The notes under the pieces are model-generated. The model did no database searches and was not told the DNA's origin. It saw only the letters and a list, made by a program, of their open reading frames with translations. 64,000 nt of DNA from an uncultured Gemmatimonadales bacterium (GTDB lineage Bacteria > Gemmatimonadota > Gemmatimonadetes > Gemmatimonadales > GWC2-71-9): NCBI GenBank assembly GCA_963730185.1, contig CAVSQW010000006.1, positions 192,001 through 256,000 of the forward strand, written 5' to 3'. The translations under genes and the position numbers were made by a program. Of the stretch, positions 62,492 to 64,000 are shown one piece after another (position 1 is the stretch's first letter; the number at the start of each line of letters is the position of its first letter).

Positions 62492-64000
62492 CACCGCCCC
62501 CGGCGCCTGCACCGTGAACATGCCCCCGCCGCTCCGTCCGTTCACGCCGGGTTGTACATCTCCTCGGCGTGCGTCTGCGGGTGGCGGAACGTGCCGGGCG
62601 TGGTGGCCCGGGCCAGGTACGTGGCCGTGTACGTCCCGGGCCAGAGCACCGTGGCCGAGTAGACGACCCGGTCGTCGCGGAGCTCCTGTGGTCGAACGGG
62701 CTCGACCAGCCCGAGTCCCAGACTGCCGAAGTACCAGCGCGGGGCGACGATCGCGTCGTCGGCGGCGCGACGCCGGTGGCACCGGCCCCCGGCCGGAAGC
62801 GAGCGACGCGTGCGGAGGCTCAGGTCCACCGGCTCGAGCCCGGCGGGGAGCGGATCGTCCAGGACCACGAACGTGCGTCACGGCGGCCACGCGGACCCGC
62901 AGCCGAACCCGCACCAGGTCGCCCTCGGCGGCCGCAGCGATGGGCTGGCCCGTTTCCGGGTTCTCGTACCAGCGCTCCACCTGGATGCCCCGATCCTCCG
63001 GCGGACCGGCGGCTCCTTCGGGGCCTCGGTGACGGTCAGGTAGTAGTAGACCGGCGCGCCGTCACCGACCGCATCGAGGCCCAGGTCGAGCGGACCGGGC
63101 CGCCTGGCCCGCGCCACCCGCGCGAGCGGGACGGTCGAGTCGAGCGGCGCCGAGCCGCCGCTGGCGAGCACGGTGCGCCCGCCGGCCCGGAGCCGGATCG
63201 CCCGCCCGGCCCCCGGCGGGAAGCGCCGGACGCCAGGCCTCCACCGCCCGCACCGCCTCGGCGTAGTCCTGGGTGTTCCACCATCGGCCCCTCGGCCCGG
63301 CCACGTCCCACCACCGCCTCGAACAGCGGTCCCAGCAGGGCGTGGGCCGAGTCGACGGCAAGGGTGGCGCGGAGCAGCTCCGCGGTGGGCCGGAGACTGG
63401 AGCCGAAGTAGGCTCGACCCCGGAGCGAATCGGAGCACCGTGGCGGACCGCCCCCTCGACCCGGGTTACGGCCCAGAATGGCTCCAAGAGGCGGCGGGCC
63501 GTGGCCGATTCCCTTCCCTGGCCGCCAGGCGGGCCAGCAGCATCCGGTCGGCCGGCGCCATCTGCCCGGCCCGCCGGAGCAGCTCGTTTTCGAGCGCCCG
63601 GCTGGGCCGCCCGAACCGGTTCAGGTACTCGGCCACCGCCAGGCGCTCGGCCAGGGAGGCCTGGCACGTCGGGCTCACGGAGCAGGATCGACGCCTGGAG
63701 CACCGGCGCCTGGTCCCGGTCCAGCGACGCGGTCGAGATAGCCGGCGATCCCAACCAACACGGTGTCGGGCACCGCGACGCCGGCCCCGCGGGCATCCAG
63801 CAGCACCAGCCCGGCATGGGCCGTGAGCCAGGGCGACGTCCAGTCCGTCCGGCTCCAGAGCCCGATCCCGCCGTCGTCGCGAAGCCGACGAGCCAACGTC
63901 GCGACCGCGCGGTCGATCTCGGCTCGAAGCCGAACGGTATCGGTCGCCAGGCCGGCCTCGCGTCGGGCCGCGTAGAGGGCGATCAGCGGGAGCGCCACGC
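62491..64000 (-). CDS. Bacterial alpha-2-macroglobulin, C-terminal part, frameshifted, partial
   Basis: Motifs DDGGIGLW...WLTAH, WWNTQD, DPLPAGLE, ELRDDRV, RATTPGTF, EEMYNP. Confidence 0.85.

Overview
High-GC bacterial chromosomal window. The gene repertoire suggests a Gemmatimonadota-like organism (inference only). Many single-base frameshifts point to an unpolished long-read assembly. Bases 1-10,310 are an accessory island abutting the 3' end of tRNA-Asn(GTT). It holds a PadR-regulated operon, an integron cassette array with 9 recognisable attC sites (many eroded; no intI in the window) and a C-terminal tyrosine-recombinase remnant. One attC core is split by an internally deleted IS110/IS1111 element whose non-coding end has a bridge-RNA-like layout, with putative guides matching the attC core and the element's own circle junction. 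The rest is core chromosome: an MntR/MntH manganese module, an APC-USP transporter, a form II coxSLM cluster with accessory genes, a complete his operon with an unlisted His-rich leader peptide and attenuator, tandem plug-like outer-membrane paralogs, an ArgR-controlled arg operon, vapBC, a sortilin-like glycosyl hydrolase, an S9 peptidase, a selenocysteine-containing peroxiredoxin-like gene, an amidase, pbpC and alpha-2-macroglobulin. The arg operon encodes the N-acyl-ornithine carbamoyltransferase route, lacks argA/argJ, and instead carries a DUF1611/DgcN-like gene. The top leads are the attC-programmed IS1111 bridge RNA and the candidate novel N-acyl(succinyl?)-glutamate synthase.
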